64,000 nucleotides of DNA from positions 4,043 to 68,042 of the forward strand of contig DAIPXV010000001.1 of NCBI GenBank assembly GCA_036783095.1, in the 5' to 3' direction. The position numbers and the translations under genes were made by a program. Below the pieces are notes generated by a model. The model ran no database searches. It was given only the letters and a program-made list of their open reading frames with translations, and had not been told where the DNA came from. Source of the DNA: Candidatus Bipolaricaulota bacterium. GTDB lineage: Bacteria; Bipolaricaulota; Bipolaricaulia; RBG-16-55-9; DRXL01. Each line of letters begins with the position of its first letter. Positions within the stretch are counted from its first letter, which is position 1. Positions 36,347 through 46,864 of the stretch are shown one piece after another.

Positions 36347-38026
36347 TTATATACGCCGCCCTAGGCCCCCCTTGGCGATCAAGCTCTCATAGCGCCGCTC
36401 GACCAAGTGCGCCTCGATCTGCTTGATCGTATCTACACCTACGCCCACCACAATGAGCAGCGACGTGCCCCCTAAGAAGAAGGTCGTCAGCCCACTGATA
36501 TTCGTTATGATCATAGGGAGCAGGGCAATGATGATCAAAAAGAGGGCGCCGATGAAGAGCAATCTGCTCTGGACGGACTCAATGAAATCAGCGGTAGGCT
36601 TGCCGGGGCGAATCCCGGGCACAAACCCTCCCCACTTGCGCAAATTCTCCGCCAAGTCCTTGGGATTAAAGACGATCGCGCTGTAGAAATACGTGAAGAA
36701 GAAGATCAAGATTGCAACTAAGATCATATAGAGCGTATGCCCGCGTGACAGATCGATCGCTAGCCAGTTCAAGAAATCCCCCATGACGTTCATCCAATCG
36801 CGAGCGGAGGCCCGGACAAACGTGATGCCGCGTACTACCGCTGTTTGGCCTACCCCGTTCAACGCGATCAAGTTGTCGGGAGTCTCCCCAATAGAGATCT
36901 TCTTGGGATTTTCAGGAGCTCTATCGGGTTCGACAGGGATGATGAGATGGCTGCTTTGGGTCTGGGCCGAGCCAGGCTTCTGGCGATTGAGCGCTTCCGC
37001 GATAGCTTGAGCGACCTGCTCGCTCGTCTGTTTTGGTGCCAGGGAGATCTGCACGAGCTGGCCATCTACTCTCACGAAGAGATCTCCTTCCTGGCTCTCC
37101 CCGGAGATCTCAAGGGCGATGCGACGCTCCGCGACCATATTAGCAATGACGTTGTTGTTCTCTAGGAATTGAAAGATGGTTTGCGGGATAGCCAGCAGGG
37201 CTATGGCAAAGATAATGGGGATGACGCCTCCCTGATTGACTTGCAAGGGCAGGAACGTGCTGTGCCCGCCATAGACGCGCCCCTTGACCATACGTTTGGC
37301 GTACTGAATATCAATGCGCCGCGCCCCAAGCTGGACCATGACCACGCCCGCCGTGACCAGAACGTATATAGCTAAGAGCAACGGCAACCACAGGGCATTC
37401 ATGGGGTTGGGATTGCTGGTCACTTCGCCCCAGATCGTCGCAAAGTATCTGGGATAGTCTGCCAAGATTCCGATCATGATCAGCATGGAGATCCCGCGGC
37501 CGATCCCGTTCTCCGTGAGGCGCTCGCCCAACCACATCAAGAACATCGTTCCCGTGGTGAGCGCCACGATGGAGATGAACATAAATCCCGGCAAACTCTG
37601 ATTGGGGAGGACAAGATTCTGATTATAGATAAGATAGCTTGTGCCGGCGGCTTGGATGAACGCCAGCCCTACGGTCGCATAGCGCGTGATCTTATTAATC
37701 ACGCGCCGCCCTTCTTCCCCTTGCTCTTGAAGCTCTTTGAGTTTCGGGATAACAGCGACGAGCAAGCTCAAGATAATCGAAGCGTTGATATACGGGATGA
37801 CGCCCAGGGCGAAGATCGAGAAGCGCTCGAGCGCCCCTCCTGTAAAGGCGCTCAAGAACTGCCCGAGCTGACCGAGTTGCTCAAGGAAGAGCTTAATCTG
37901 CTCGGGGTTGACCCCTGGCACAGGGATCCATGCCCCCAACCGAAAGACAATGATCACTCCAAGGGTGAAGAGAATCCGCTTGCGGACCTCGGGGATGCGA
38001 AATGCCTCAAATAAGCCTTCAGTCAT
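36347..38026 (-). CDS. secY: Preprotein translocase SecY, with a ~115-aa insertion in the periplasmic loop between TM7 and TM8
   Basis: Canonical SecY blocks LGVIPYINASIILSLL, GGVIPIIFAIALLAIPQTIFQFL and NPKDLAENLRKWGGFVPGIRPGKPTADFI. The extra segment NMVAERRIALEISGES...DLSRGHT has no E. coli SecY counterpart (559 aa vs ~440). Confidence 0.85.
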   Translation of the reverse strand: MTEGLFEAFRIPEVRKRILFTLGVIIVFRLGAWIPVPGVNPEQIKLFLEQLGQLGQFLSAFTGGALERFSIFALGVIPYINASIILSLLVAVIPKLKELQEQGEEGRRVINKITRYATVGLAFIQAAGTSYLIYNQNLVLPNQSLPGFMFISIVALTTGTMFLMWLGERLTENGIGRGISMLIMIGILADYPRYFATIWGEVTSNPNPMNALWLPLLLAIYVLVTAGVVMVQLGARRIDIQYAKRMVKGRVYGGHSTFLPLQVNQGGVIPIIFAIALLAIPQTIFQFLENNNVIANMVAERRIALEISGESQEGDLFVRVDGQLVQISLAPKQTSEQVAQAIAEALNRQKPGSAQTQSSHLIIPVEPDRAPENPKKISIGETPDNLIALNGVGQTAVVRGITFVRASARDWMNVMGDFLNWLAIDLSRGHTLYMILVAILIFFFTYFYSAIVFNPKDLAENLRKWGGFVPGIRPGKPTADFIESVQSRLLFIGALFLIIIALLPMIITNISGLTTFFLGGTSLLIVVGVGVDTIKQIEAHLVERRYESLIAKGGLGRRI

Positions 38027-38029
38027 AGC

Positions 38030-38539
38030 TCACTTCCCTGACGCCTTCGGCGCTTTCTTGGCTTTCTCTTCGGGTTGAGGCTGCTCCGGCTCGGGGAGTA
38101 AGGCGATTGCTTGCCCTCCCGCGGCGAGGATCTTCTCCTTGGCGCTCTCACTAAACTTATGCGCCTTCACAATGAATTTCTTTGAGAGCGGGCCGTCACC
38201 GAGGATCTTCACGCCGTTGCGGTATTTCTTAATGAGCCCATGCTCCTTGAGGGCCTTGGGGGTGATCTCTGCCCCGTCGGGGAAGACCTCGTTGAGCTGG
38301 CCGACGTTCACGAACGCGTAACTCTTTCGCAAGGGGTTTTTAAATCCGCGCTTGGGCACGCGCTTCCATAGCGGAGTCTGACCACCCTCGAAGGCTGGGG
38401 GCATCCGATATCCTGAGCGTGCCGTCTGCCCCTTCCCTCCGCGGGTCGAGTACGTCCCATGCCCTGAGGCGTTGCCCCGCCCGACGCGCTTGAGCTTCTT
38501 GACACTCCCTGGGGTGGGCCGCAGATCACTGAGCTTCAT
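38030..38539 (-). CDS. rplO: 50S ribosomal protein L15 (K/P/E-rich C-terminal extension)
   Basis: [37 protein letters not shown]. Confidence 0.9.
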   Translation of the reverse strand: MKLSDLRPTPGSVKKLKRVGRGNASGHGTYSTRGGKGQTARSGYRMPPAFEGGQTPLWKRVPKRGFKNPLRKSYAFVNVGQLNEVFPDGAEITPKALKEHGLIKKYRNGVKILGDGPLSKKFIVKAHKFSESAKEKILAAGGQAIALLPEPEQPQPEEKAKKAPKASGK

Positions 38540-39045
38540 TGCAAGACCTCCTCGGGCTTCTTGTCGCGGAGCCGCGCGACTTCTTCAAGAGTCCGCAGCC
38601 GCCTCAGCCCATCCAGAGTCGCCTTTGCTAACGTCAATGGATTCGTCGATCCTTGGGCTTTCGTCAGAATATCTTTGATGCCCGCAAGGCGACAGATCGC
38701 TCCCACTGTGCCCCCCGCGATGACCCCTGTGCCAGGAAATGCTGGCTTGAGCAGCACGCGCGACGCCTTAAACTCCCCCCAGATCTCATGGGGGATCGTC
38801 CGGTCCTCCACTAGAGGTACTTGAATAATATTGCGCTTGGCATCACGGATTGCTTGCTGGATCGCTGAAGGGACCTCGCGGGTGTTCCCCTTGCCCAGCC
38901 CGATCCGCCCCTTGCCATCACCGATGACGACCACGGCACGGAAACTGAGATTCTTTCCGCCCTTAGTTACCTTGGCCACGCGTCGCAGATCGATGACTTC
39001 GTTCTCGAACTCGTCACGGCGCTCGCCGCCACGTGGTCGTGCCAT
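38536..39045 (-). CDS. rpsE: 30S ribosomal protein S5
   Basis: [32 protein letters not shown]. Directly abuts rplO, so no rpmD lies between them. Confidence 0.9.
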   Translation of the reverse strand: MARPRGGERRDEFENEVIDLRRVAKVTKGGKNLSFRAVVVIGDGKGRIGLGKGNTREVPSAIQQAIRDAKRNIIQVPLVEDRTIPHEIWGEFKASRVLLKPAFPGTGVIAGGTVGAICRLAGIKDILTKAQGSTNPLTLAKATLDGLRRLRTLEEVARLRDKKPEEVLQ

Positions 39046-39057
39046 GCTCTTCCTCCC

Positions 39058-39429
39058 TTAAAATTTCAGTCCGGCTTTGCGACTCGCTTCCGCAAATGCC
39101 TTGATTACCCCATGGTAGGGGTAGCCGGCTCTGTCGAAGACTACAGTAGTAATGCCCTTGGCCAAAGCACGCTCAGCTAATACTTTCCCCAGGGCCTCAG
39201 CGGACTTGACCGTCCCGCCTTTTAGCTGAAGCTCTCTCTCGACTGTGCTTGCGGCCACTAACGTCCGCCCCACAGTGTCGTCGATGATCTGGGCATGCAG
39301 ATGCTTCAAGCTCTTGTAGACGCACAGGCGCGGACGCTCCGGCGTCCCAAAGATCTTCTTCCGAATTCGATAATGCCGTCGCTGTCGTCTCTCATTGCGG
39401 CTGACAGAACTGATCATAGAGAAGTTCAC
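39058..39429 (-). CDS. rplR: 50S ribosomal protein L18
   Basis: [33 protein letters not shown]. Confidence 0.85.
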   Translation of the reverse strand: MNFSMISSVSRNERRQRRHYRIRKKIFGTPERPRLCVYKSLKHLHAQIIDDTVGRTLVAASTVERELQLKGGTVKSAEALGKVLAERALAKGITTVVFDRAGYPYHGVIKAFAEASRKAGLKF

Positions 39430-39998
39430 CCGGCCTTCGCTCCGCCGGCCGCACCGGCACCACCAGCGAGCTTGCCTTCCTTGCGCCGGATCTGCTCGTC
39501 CTTGTAGCGAATCCCTGTGCCCTTGTAGGGCTCGGGCTTGCGCAGGCTCCGGATCTCCGCAGCCACCTGCCCTACTAACTGTTTATCTGGGCCTGTGAGA
39601 ATGATCTCAGTCTGGTCTTTCACTTCGGCCTTGACGCTCTCCGGGAGCTTATAGACTACTGGGTCGTGAAAGCCGATCTCTAAGATTAAATCTCTCCCCT
39701 GGAGCTTGGCTCGATAGCCCAAGCCCACAAGCTGTAAGATCTTGGAGTAGGGCTGCTGGACCCCCCGGACCATGTTGGCCAGGAGCGCCCGATAGAGCCC
39801 ATGCCGCGCCTTGAATTCTTTCTCATCGCCCTTGCGCGTGACGACGATGGTGCCGTCCCTCATCGTAATGCTCACGTACTCGGGCTCGTAGCGCTGCACG
39901 AGCTTGCCGGCCTTGCCCTCGACAATCACGCGATCGGGCTCGATCGTCACTTTGACGTCTTTGGGGACAGGGATGGGCTGCTTCCCAATTCGTGACAT
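39426..39998 (-). CDS. rplF: 50S ribosomal protein L6
   Basis: [22 protein letters not shown]-rich C-terminal tail. Confidence 0.9.
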   Translation of the reverse strand: MSRIGKQPIPVPKDVKVTIEPDRVIVEGKAGKLVQRYEPEYVSITMRDGTIVVTRKGDEKEFKARHGLYRALLANMVRGVQQPYSKILQLVGLGYRAKLQGRDLILEIGFHDPVVYKLPESVKAEVKDQTEIILTGPDKQLVGQVAAEIRSLRKPEPYKGTGIRYKDEQIRRKEGKLAGGAGAAGGAKAG

Positions 39999-40000
39999 AG

Positions 40001-40393
40001 CTACCACACCTTGCACAAGAGTTCTCCGCCGACGCGCTTGGCCCGGGCTTGTTTGCCGGTGAGCACTCCCGCGGGAGTGCTCAAGATCGCAACTCCTAAG
40101 CCATTGCGCACGCGCGGGATCTCGTCAACCCCTACATAGACGCGTCGCCCGGGTTTGGAGACGCGCTCGATCCCCTCAATGACGGGATCCTTGCCCCGCT
40201 TCCCTTTGTACTTCATAATAATGACCAAGTCGCGCTTCTTCTCGCCCTCAACGCGATAGTCTTCAATAAAGCCCTCTTCTTTGAGGATCCGGGCGATCTC
40301 CGCCTTAACGTTCGAATGCGGCACGCGCACCTCGCGCAGCGCGCGCATGTTCGCATTCCGGATAGCTGTCAGCATATCGGCAATTGTGTCCAT
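40001..40393 (-). CDS. rpsH: 30S ribosomal protein S8
   Basis: MDTIADMLTAIRNANM...GGELLCKVW. Confidence 0.9.
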   Translation of the reverse strand: MDTIADMLTAIRNANMRALREVRVPHSNVKAEIARILKEEGFIEDYRVEGEKKRDLVIIMKYKGKRGKDPVIEGIERVSKPGRRVYVGVDEIPRVRNGLGVAILSTPAGVLTGKQARAKRVGGELLCKVW

Positions 40394-40402
40394 ACAGCTC
40401 CC

Positions 40403-40588
40403 TCACCACGTAGCCTTGCGCACCCCGGGCAACTCCCCCCGATGCGCCTTGGCGCGAAAGCACAAGCGACAGAGCCCAAAATCCCGAATGAAGCCCCGTC
40501 TCCGCCCACAGATGCTGCACCGATTGTAGCGGCGCGCTGAGAACTTCATGGGCTTGGTTAGCTTCGCTCTCCATGCCGTCTTTCCCAT
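40403..40588 (-). CDS. rpsZ: 30S ribosomal protein S14 type Z (zinc-binding)
   Basis: 61 aa with [20 protein letters not shown]. Confidence 0.9.
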   Translation of the reverse strand: MGKTAWRAKLTKPMKFSARRYNRCSICGRRRGFIRDFGLCRLCFRAKAHRGELPGVRKATW

Positions 40589-40605
40589 CGAATATCCTCC
40601 CTCAG

Positions 40606-41139
40606 TTAATCGCGAAAGGGCATCCCTAATGCCTTCAGCAGATAATACCCTTCCCGATCGGTCTTGGCTGTCGTTACAATACAGATATCCATCCCTTGCA
40701 CCTTGGCGATCTGATCGTATTTGATCTCTGGAAAGACCAACTGATCGCTCAAGCCCAGCGAAAAGTTCCCGCGCCCATCAAATGAATCTGCGCTTACCCC
40801 GCGGAAATCGCGGATCGCCGGGAGCACGACATTCACAAGCTTCTCAAAGAACGCATACGCCCGCTGCCCCCGCAGCGTCACCATGCATCCCACGGGATCC
40901 CCTTTGGTGATCCCAAAGTCCGAGATGCTCTTCTTCGCTCTGGTGACCACAGGGCGCTGCCCAGTAATCATCATCAAATCGCGCACACACCCCTCTAGCT
41001 TCTTGGGGTCGTCTTTGGCCTCTTTAATGCCCATGTTGATCACAATCTTCTCGATCTTGGGCACCTGCAGAATATTCTTATAATTCAATTCTTTCATGAG
41101 CTTGGGCACGATCTCCGTGCGATAGCGTTCATAGAGCAT
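40606..41139 (-). CDS. rplE: 50S ribosomal protein L5
   Basis: [37 protein letters not shown]. Confidence 0.9.
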   Translation of the reverse strand: MLYERYRTEIVPKLMKELNYKNILQVPKIEKIVINMGIKEAKDDPKKLEGCVRDLMMITGQRPVVTRAKKSISDFGITKGDPVGCMVTLRGQRAYAFFEKLVNVVLPAIRDFRGVSADSFDGRGNFSLGLSDQLVFPEIKYDQIAKVQGMDICIVTTAKTDREGYYLLKALGMPFRD

Positions 41140-41151
41140 TCTTGGTCACCA

Positions 41152-41466
41152 TCACGTGAAAGTCTTCTTGCACTGCTTGCACTGGCGCAGCTTCTCCCCA
41201 GACTCCGTGATCACAAAGCCGACTCGCGTCGGCCGATCGCATTCGGGACAGATCAATAAGACATTACTGATATCGAATGGGCCCTCTTGTTGCACGATCC
41301 CGCCTTCGCGATGTTTGGCGGAGGGCCGCAGGTGGCGCGTGATCATGCGCACACCCTTGACAATAATTCTACGCTCTTTGGGGAGGACCTGCAAGACTTC
41401 GCCTTCTTTGCCCTTGTCGTTCCCCGCGATCACGCGGACGGTATCGCCCTTGCGAATCTTCTCCAT
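41152..41466 (-). CDS. rplX: 50S ribosomal protein L24 with a C-terminal Zn-ribbon extension
   Basis: KOW motif IRKGDTVRVIAGNDKGKEG, then CPECDRPTRV...CKQCKK (CxxC...CxxC), as in Thermus-type L24. Confidence 0.85.
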   Translation of the reverse strand: MEKIRKGDTVRVIAGNDKGKEGEVLQVLPKERRIIVKGVRMITRHLRPSAKHREGGIVQQEGPFDISNVLLICPECDRPTRVGFVITESGEKLRQCKQCKKTFT

Positions 41467-41834
41467 TAGAGCACCTCCGGTGCGAGGGACACAATCCGCA
41501 CCATGCCCTTGTCGCGCAGCTCGCGGGGCACCGGGCCAAAGATGCGCGTCCCCAACGGCTCCTTCGACGCGTTGATCAAGACTACGGCGTTATCATCGAA
41601 GCGAATATAACTGCCGTCCTTGCGCCGATAGGGCTGGCGCGTGCGCACGATCACGCCCTTGACCACAGCCCCTTTGTCAATCTCGCTTGTGGGGATGCGC
41701 TTCTGCACCGAAGCCACAACGATATCCCCGATCTGTCCCCAAGCCCCGCTGGGCTGCCCCAAGACGTTAATGACTCGGACCTCCTTGACGCCCGAGTTGT
41801 CCGCGACTTTTAAAATACTGCGAACCTGGATCAT
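41466..41834 (-). CDS. rplN: 50S ribosomal protein L14
   Basis: [26 protein letters not shown]. Confidence 0.9.
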   Translation of the reverse strand: MIQVRSILKVADNSGVKEVRVINVLGQPSGAWGQIGDIVVASVQKRIPTSEIDKGAVVKGVIVRTRQPYRRKDGSYIRFDDNAVVLINASKEPLGTRIFGPVPRELRDKGMVRIVSLAPEVL

Positions 41835-41849
41835 CGTCCGATCCTCCCG

Positions 41850-42122
41850 TTAGCGTTGGCCAGGACGAGCACGCTCCAACACCTCGACCAAGCGCCATCG
41901 CTTCAGCCGCGATAGCGGCCGCGACTCCACGATCTTCACCAGATCGCCCTCATGAGCTTGTTCGTGCTCATCGTGGGCGTAGAACTTCTTGCGCTTGATA
42001 TAATATTTTTTGTAGAGCGGGTGCCGCTCCAGCGTCTCCACCAGCACCGTGATCGTCTTGGCCATCTTGTCGCTGACGACCCGCCCGATCTTCTCGCGCT
42101 TCGGCATAGTCTCTACCCTCAC
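41850..42122 (-). CDS. rpsQ: 30S ribosomal protein S17
   Basis: [19 protein letters not shown]. Confidence 0.85.
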   Translation of the reverse strand: MRVETMPKREKIGRVVSDKMAKTITVLVETLERHPLYKKYYIKRKKFYAHDEHEQAHEGDLVKIVESRPLSRLKRWRLVEVLERARPGQR

Positions 42123-42328
42123 TGTGTTCGCTCTTTCTGGAGTTGTCGCTCCCGTAAGATCGTCTTGACCTGGGCGATCTGGCGCTTGAGTTGCCCGATC
42201 AAAGCCGTGTTGTCTTGTTGCCCCGTGGCCACAGCAAAGCGCGCGTTGAAGAGCTGGCGCTTGAGCTCGCGCTCTTTTTGCTTGAGCTCCTCATCGCTGA
42301 GCTCCCGAAGTTTCTGGGGTTTCTCCAT
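42119..42328 (-). CDS. rpmC: 50S ribosomal protein L29
   Basis: [25 protein letters not shown]. Confidence 0.85.
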   Translation of the reverse strand: MEKPQKLRELSDEELKQKERELKRQLFNARFAVATGQQDNTALIGQLKRQIAQVKTILRERQLQKERTQ

Positions 42329-42331
42329 AGG

Positions 42332-42772
42332 CTATCGCTCACCGCCCAACTTGAGACGCTCCCGCAGACGCGTCTTGATGGGAAGCTTATGGTCCACTAA
42401 TCGCTGAATCTCCTCGGCCTTGGCCCGGTCGACCCCGCTGATCTCAAAGAGGATCCGCCCTGGCTTGACTACAGCGCACCAGCCCACGGGATCCCCCTTC
42501 CCCTTGCCCATGCGCGTCTCTGCAGGCTTCTTGGTGATGGGCTTATCAGGGAAGATTCTTACCCAGATCTTCGAATTTTTGTCGAGCTCGCGCACCATGA
42601 CGGTGCGGCAGGCTTCGATCTGCTGGGCCGTGATCCAGGCGGGCTCAAGTGCTTGAATCCCATAATCCCCAAAGGCGACCTCGGACCCCGCTATGGCCTT
42701 GCCCGTCATCCGGCCCCGATGGTCCTTTCTAAACTTGCGCTGCTTGGGCGCTAGTAACGCCACGAGCCTCAC
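42332..42772 (-). CDS. rplP: 50S ribosomal protein L16 (true start probably a non-ATG codon near [11 protein letters not shown])
   Basis: [18 protein letters not shown]...[14 protein letters not shown]. Confidence 0.85.
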   Translation of the reverse strand: MRLVALLAPKQRKFRKDHRGRMTGKAIAGSEVAFGDYGIQALEPAWITAQQIEACRTVMVRELDKNSKIWVRIFPDKPITKKPAETRMGKGKGDPVGWCAVVKPGRILFEISGVDRAKAEEIQRLVDHKLPIKTRLRERLKLGGER

Positions 42773-43409
42773 CCCCTCGCGCCGGATAGATATCCCCGCG
42801 ATAGAGCCAGACTTTAATCCCGATCATCCCGTACTTGGTGAGCGCCTCGGCGAAGCCGTAATCAATATCCGCGCGAATCGTTTGCAAGGGGACACGGCCG
42901 GCCTTGCTCTCGATCGAGCGAGCGATCTCGGCCCCACCAAGCCGACCCCCGCAGCGAATCTTGACCCCCTTAGCCCCATGCTCCATCACCCGTTGGATGA
43001 CTTCTTTCATGGCGCGGGGCACCGGGATGCGATTCTGGATCCGTGAGGCGACATCCTCAGCGACCAACGTCGCTTCTAAATCGGGATGGTCGACTTCTTT
43101 GATATAAATCTTCACCTTGCGCTTGATGAGCTCTTCGAGCTCTCTTTGGAACTGATCGATCTCCTGCCCCCCCTTGCCGATGATGATGCCGGGCCGGGCG
43201 GTATAGATCACAATAGAGACCCACTCTTCCGTGGGGCGCTCAATGAGCACCCGCGCGATCCCTGCCCCATAATATCGCTGCTTGATCGTCGTTCGGATCG
43301 TATGGTCCTCCCTGACATAGCGGGGGGCGTCCTTCTCGAAGAACCAGTTGGAGAGCCATTTCTTGTTGATCCCCAACCGCAAGCCGTACGGGTGCGTTTT
43401 GTGTCCCAT
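42729..43409 (-). CDS. rpsC: 30S ribosomal protein S3
   Basis: [23 protein letters not shown] with a KH domain. The track's longer N-terminus is an out-of-context extension over rplV. Confidence 0.9.
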   Translation of the reverse strand: MGHKTHPYGLRLGINKKWLSNWFFEKDAPRYVREDHTIRTTIKQRYYGAGIARVLIERPTEEWVSIVIYTARPGIIIGKGGQEIDQFQRELEELIKRKVKIYIKEVDHPDLEATLVAEDVASRIQNRIPVPRAMKEVIQRVMEHGAKGVKIRCGGRLGGAEIARSIESKAGRVPLQTIRADIDYGFAEALTKYGMIGIKVWLYRGDIYPARGGEARGVTSAQAAQV

Positions 43410-43411
43410 AG

Positions 43412-43783
43412 TTATCCTTCCTGCCCTTGGGCGATACTGGGCCGCGGGTCGTCGCTGACTACGATCATGATATGGCTCATCCGGCGCTTGCGGATCGAGA
43501 CCTTGCCGCGAGACCCAGGGCGCAGCCGCTTCCAGAAGGGCCCTTTGTCCACACGGATCTCCTTGACCCACAGGGCATCTACGTCCATATTATAGTTGTG
43601 CTCGGCATTGGCGATAGCTGATTCTAAACATTTGCGCACGATAGGAGCGGCCTTCACTTTGGCGAAGCGCGTCAAGCGCAACGCTTCCTCGACCGGCTTG
43701 CCTTGGATCTGGGAGGCCAGCAACCGGGCCTTCACCGGCGATATCCGAATCCATTTCGCGAGAGCTCGTGCTTGCATGATCAT
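43412..43783 (-). CDS. rplV: 50S ribosomal protein L22
   Basis: MIMQARALAKWIRISPVKARLLASQIQGKPVEEAL. Confidence 0.85.
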   Translation of the reverse strand: MIMQARALAKWIRISPVKARLLASQIQGKPVEEALRLTRFAKVKAAPIVRKCLESAIANAEHNYNMDVDALWVKEIRVDKGPFWKRLRPGSRGKVSIRKRRMSHIMIVVSDDPRPSIAQGQEG

Positions 43784-43788
43784 CGCTC

Positions 43789-44073
43789 CTACTTGGGCGT
43801 GGGGACCTTCTTCTTCTTGATGCCCCCGTGCGCCTTGAACGTGCGCGTCAGCGCAAACTCCCCCAGCCGATGCCCTACCATCGTCTCCGTGATAAAGACC
43901 GGCACATGCATCCGCCCGTTGTGCACCTTGATCGTCAGCCCCACCATCTGCGGGGTGATCATGCTCGCGCGGGACCAAGTTTTAATCTCCGAGATCTCTC
44001 CGCGCTTCATCTTCTCGATCTTTTTAAGGAGCTTGGGGTGCACATAGGGCCCCTTCTTCAGCGAGCGCGCCAT
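43789..44073 (-). CDS. rpsS: 30S ribosomal protein S19
   Basis: [19 protein letters not shown]...[29 protein letters not shown]. Confidence 0.9.
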   Translation of the reverse strand: MARSLKKGPYVHPKLLKKIEKMKRGEISEIKTWSRASMITPQMVGLTIKVHNGRMHVPVFITETMVGHRLGEFALTRTFKAHGGIKKKKVPTPK

Positions 44074-44074
44074 A

Positions 44075-44911
44075 TCAGACCGTCCCCCCTTTGCGCCGCG
44101 AGACGATGAACCGATCGCTGGGCTTATTCGGTTTGCGTGTGCGCACGCCCTTAGCGGGTTTTCCTGAGAACGTGCGCGGCGGCCCGCCCACATAGTGCCG
44201 CCCCTCGCCACCCCCGTGTGGATGATCCACGGGGTTCATGGCCGTGCCGCGCACCGTCGGGCGAATCCCCAAGTGTCTCACACGCCCTGCTTTGCCATGG
44301 ACGACGTTCTTGTGATCGATATTTCCCACTTGGCCTATCGTAGCCATGCAGTCTTCAGGGAAGAGCCGGATCTCTCCAGAGGGCAAGCGCAGCCGAGCAA
44401 AGCCCCCCTCGATAGCCATCACTTGGCACGCTGTCCCCGCCGCCCGCGCGACCTTGCCCCCGCTCCCCGGATAGAGCTCCACACAGTGCACCAGCGCCCC
44501 CACAGGGACCCTCTTCAGGGGGAGCGCATTGCCCACCCGAGCCTCTACACTCTCACCCGCTTCGACTACGGTGCCAATCTCCAAGTTCAACGGGGAGAGA
44601 ATATAGCGCTTTTCGCCGTCGGCGTACTGTAAGAGCGTGATCCACGCCGAACGGTTGGGATCGTACTCCTTGGAGACGACCTTGGCGGGCACGCCCCACT
44701 TGTCGCGAGCAAAGTCAATGATTCTGTAGAGTCTCTTATGCCCACCGCCGCGATGGCGCACGGTGATGCGCCCTTGATTGTTCCGCCCGCCGCTCTTGGT
44801 GAGTGGCTCCAGCAAGCTCTTCTCCGGCTCTTTCTTCGTAAGCTCGCTGAAGTCCGGCAGCTCCATGTGCCGGCGGCCGGGCGTGATCGGCTTAAACTTT
44901 CGTGTCGGCAT
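44075..44911 (-). CDS. rplB: 50S ribosomal protein L2
   Basis: [23 protein letters not shown]...[13 protein letters not shown]. Confidence 0.9.
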   Translation of the reverse strand: MPTRKFKPITPGRRHMELPDFSELTKKEPEKSLLEPLTKSGGRNNQGRITVRHRGGGHKRLYRIIDFARDKWGVPAKVVSKEYDPNRSAWITLLQYADGEKRYILSPLNLEIGTVVEAGESVEARVGNALPLKRVPVGALVHCVELYPGSGGKVARAAGTACQVMAIEGGFARLRLPSGEIRLFPEDCMATIGQVGNIDHKNVVHGKAGRVRHLGIRPTVRGTAMNPVDHPHGGGEGRHYVGGPPRTFSGKPAKGVRTRKPNKPSDRFIVSRRKGGTV

Positions 44912-44919
44912 CTCTCATC

Positions 44920-45210
44920 TCACCCTTTACCGTAGACTTCGATCCGTTGCCCTGGCGCAACTTGGACGACCGCCTTCTTCCAGCCGGGGACCTCTCCATG
45001 TTGATAGAACTTCTTCGTCCGGGGCTTGCTGGGCATATTCAGCGTCCAGACCTTGAGAACCTTCACTTTGAAGAGATTCTCCACCGCGCGCTTGATCTGA
45101 TTCTTGTTTGCTTTCGGGTGGACCTCAAAGACGTATTTGTTCTCCTCTTGGAGGCGCCAGCCCTTCTCGCTGATCACGGGCTCGCGCAAGATATCTTCAA
45201 GAAATTCCAT
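44920..45210 (-). CDS. rplW: 50S ribosomal protein L23
   Basis: ILREPVISEKG...YVFEVHPKANKNQIKRAVENLFKVKV. Confidence 0.85.
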   Translation of the reverse strand: MEFLEDILREPVISEKGWRLQEENKYVFEVHPKANKNQIKRAVENLFKVKVLKVWTLNMPSKPRTKKFYQHGEVPGWKKAVVQVAPGQRIEVYGKG

Positions 45211-45211
45211 C

Positions 45212-45925
45212 TCAGTTCACCGCCTTCTCCAGGGCGCAGCGCGCCTCCAGCTCCTTGAGTGCTTGCTGGGTTATCAAGAGATATTCGTGTTTCAGAATGT
45301 CATAGACCGTGAGGCTGTTTGACTCCACGCACCTAGCCCACGGCAGATTCGAGAACGTCTTCTTTACGGGGAGCCCCCACTCGGAGTGCGAGACAACGAC
45401 TAAGAACTGATTCTGCGAGTCTTGAAGATCTCTTGGATCTTTCACCAGCCCGATGCGGGTGAACATCTGCACGCCGTCTTTTGTCTTGGGTCTCTCAAAC
45501 GCGACGCGATCCAAGACTCCCAAGTGAGCCTCTTGGAGCTTGGCGATCAAGGCTGATTGCAGCGCCCTGCGGCGCATCTTCTTGGGGAGTTCATAGTCAT
45601 ACTCTTTGGGCTTTGGGCCAAAGACGACCCCACCCTTGCGCCACAGGGGCGAGCGCCGCATGCCATGACGTGCCCGTCCTGTGTGCTTTTGAGGCCAAGG
45701 CTTCTTGCCTGAGCCCACCACCTCGCCGCGCGTCTTCGTCGAATGCGTCCCCTGCCGCAAGTTCAAGAGATAGACCCGCACGGCCCGATAGAGTAAATCT
45801 CTATTGACTTTATACCCAAAGAGCCCCTCGCTCAGCTCGATCTGCTCGACCGAGCCCCCGTCGAATTTATACAACGGGGCGACTAACCCTTTCTTCTCAA
45901 CCATTGCTTCAGCCATACCATTCAC
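45212..45925 (-). CDS. rplD: 50S ribosomal protein L4
   Basis: GSGKKPWPQKHTGRARHGMRRSPLWRKGGVVFGP. Confidence 0.9.
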   Translation of the reverse strand: MNGMAEAMVEKKGLVAPLYKFDGGSVEQIELSEGLFGYKVNRDLLYRAVRVYLLNLRQGTHSTKTRGEVVGSGKKPWPQKHTGRARHGMRRSPLWRKGGVVFGPKPKEYDYELPKKMRRRALQSALIAKLQEAHLGVLDRVAFERPKTKDGVQMFTRIGLVKDPRDLQDSQNQFLVVVSHSEWGLPVKKTFSNLPWARCVESNSLTVYDILKHEYLLITQQALKELEARCALEKAVN

Positions 45926-46554
45926 CCTTTAGCCGCCTTGCGAATCTCTAAAATACCGCGCCGCGGGCCAGGAACAGCCCCCTGCACGATGATCACATTC
46001 TTTTCGGGATAGACTTTTAAGACTCTCAGATTCTTCACGGTCACGCGCGCATGCCCCATATGCCCGGCCATGCGCCACCCTTTGAATGTCCGTCCAGTGG
46101 CGCGGATGGACCCGATCGAGCCAGGGCGACGGTGCCATTTGCTCATGCCGTGGGAGTCTGGCCCTCCTAAGAAGTCGTGGCGCTTCATCACCCCGGCAAA
46201 TCCCTTGCCCTTGGAGAGCCCGCTTACATGGACTAGCTCCCCCTCCGCAAAGAGCGTCACCCCCAGCTCCTGGCCCACTTGAAATTCTTGAGGATTTTCT
46301 ACTCGAAACTCCCGCAGGATGCGCTTGGGGGCTACCCCGGCTTTGTTGAAGTGCCCCTTCAGGGGCTTGGTGACGTTCTTCTCTTTCACCTTGCCGTAGC
46401 CAAGCTGGATCGCATTATAGCCGTCGGTCTCTAGAGATTTCACTTGGGTAACTACGGATGGCTCGGCATAGAGCACGGTCGCCGCGAGGGCCTTGCCCTC
46501 GGCGTCGAACCACGTGATCATTCCCAATTTCTCACCCAGAATCCCCACAGCCAT
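45922..46554 (-). CDS. rplC: 50S ribosomal protein L3
   Basis: MAVGILGEKLGMITWFD...GKGFAGVMKRHDFLGGPDSHGMSKWHRRPGSIG. Confidence 0.9.
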   Translation of the reverse strand: MAVGILGEKLGMITWFDAEGKALAATVLYAEPSVVTQVKSLETDGYNAIQLGYGKVKEKNVTKPLKGHFNKAGVAPKRILREFRVENPQEFQVGQELGVTLFAEGELVHVSGLSKGKGFAGVMKRHDFLGGPDSHGMSKWHRRPGSIGSIRATGRTFKGWRMAGHMGHARVTVKNLRVLKVYPEKNVIIVQGAVPGPRRGILEIRKAAKG

Positions 46555-46555
46555 A

Positions 46556-46864
46556 TCACAGCTTCACCTCAATGTCAATCCCCGCCGGCAGCTCAATATC
46601 CATGAGCGCGTTGATCGTCTCCGAGGTCGGCTCTTTGATATCTATCAGTCTCTTGTGGACGCGGCGCTCGAAGTGCTCCATTGACTTCTTATTGACGTGA
46701 GGCGAGCGCAGCACCGTATAGCGATGGACCTCCGTGGGCAACGGCACCGGCCCGATGATCTTCGCCCGCGTCTCCAGCGCGGTCTTCACGATCCGTCGGG
46801 TAGCGTCGTCGACCAGTTCGTGATCGTAGCCTTTCAGTCGAATGCGAATCTTCTCGCGAGCCAT
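46556..46864 (-). CDS. rpsJ: 30S ribosomal protein S10
   Basis: [15 protein letters not shown]...[20 protein letters not shown]. Confidence 0.9.
   Translation of the reverse strand: MAREKIRIRLKGYDHELVDDATRRIVKTALETRAKIIGPVPLPTEVHRYTVLRSPHVNKKSMEHFERRVHKRLIDIKEPTSETINALMDIELPAGIDIEVKL

Noticed and set aside
42729-43571. Long N-terminal extension of the S3 ORF (and similar extensions on L22 and S19 ORFs)
   Set aside because: The extensions overlap the preceding ribosomal genes in another frame. The conserved N-termini ([27 protein letters not shown]) mark the true starts.
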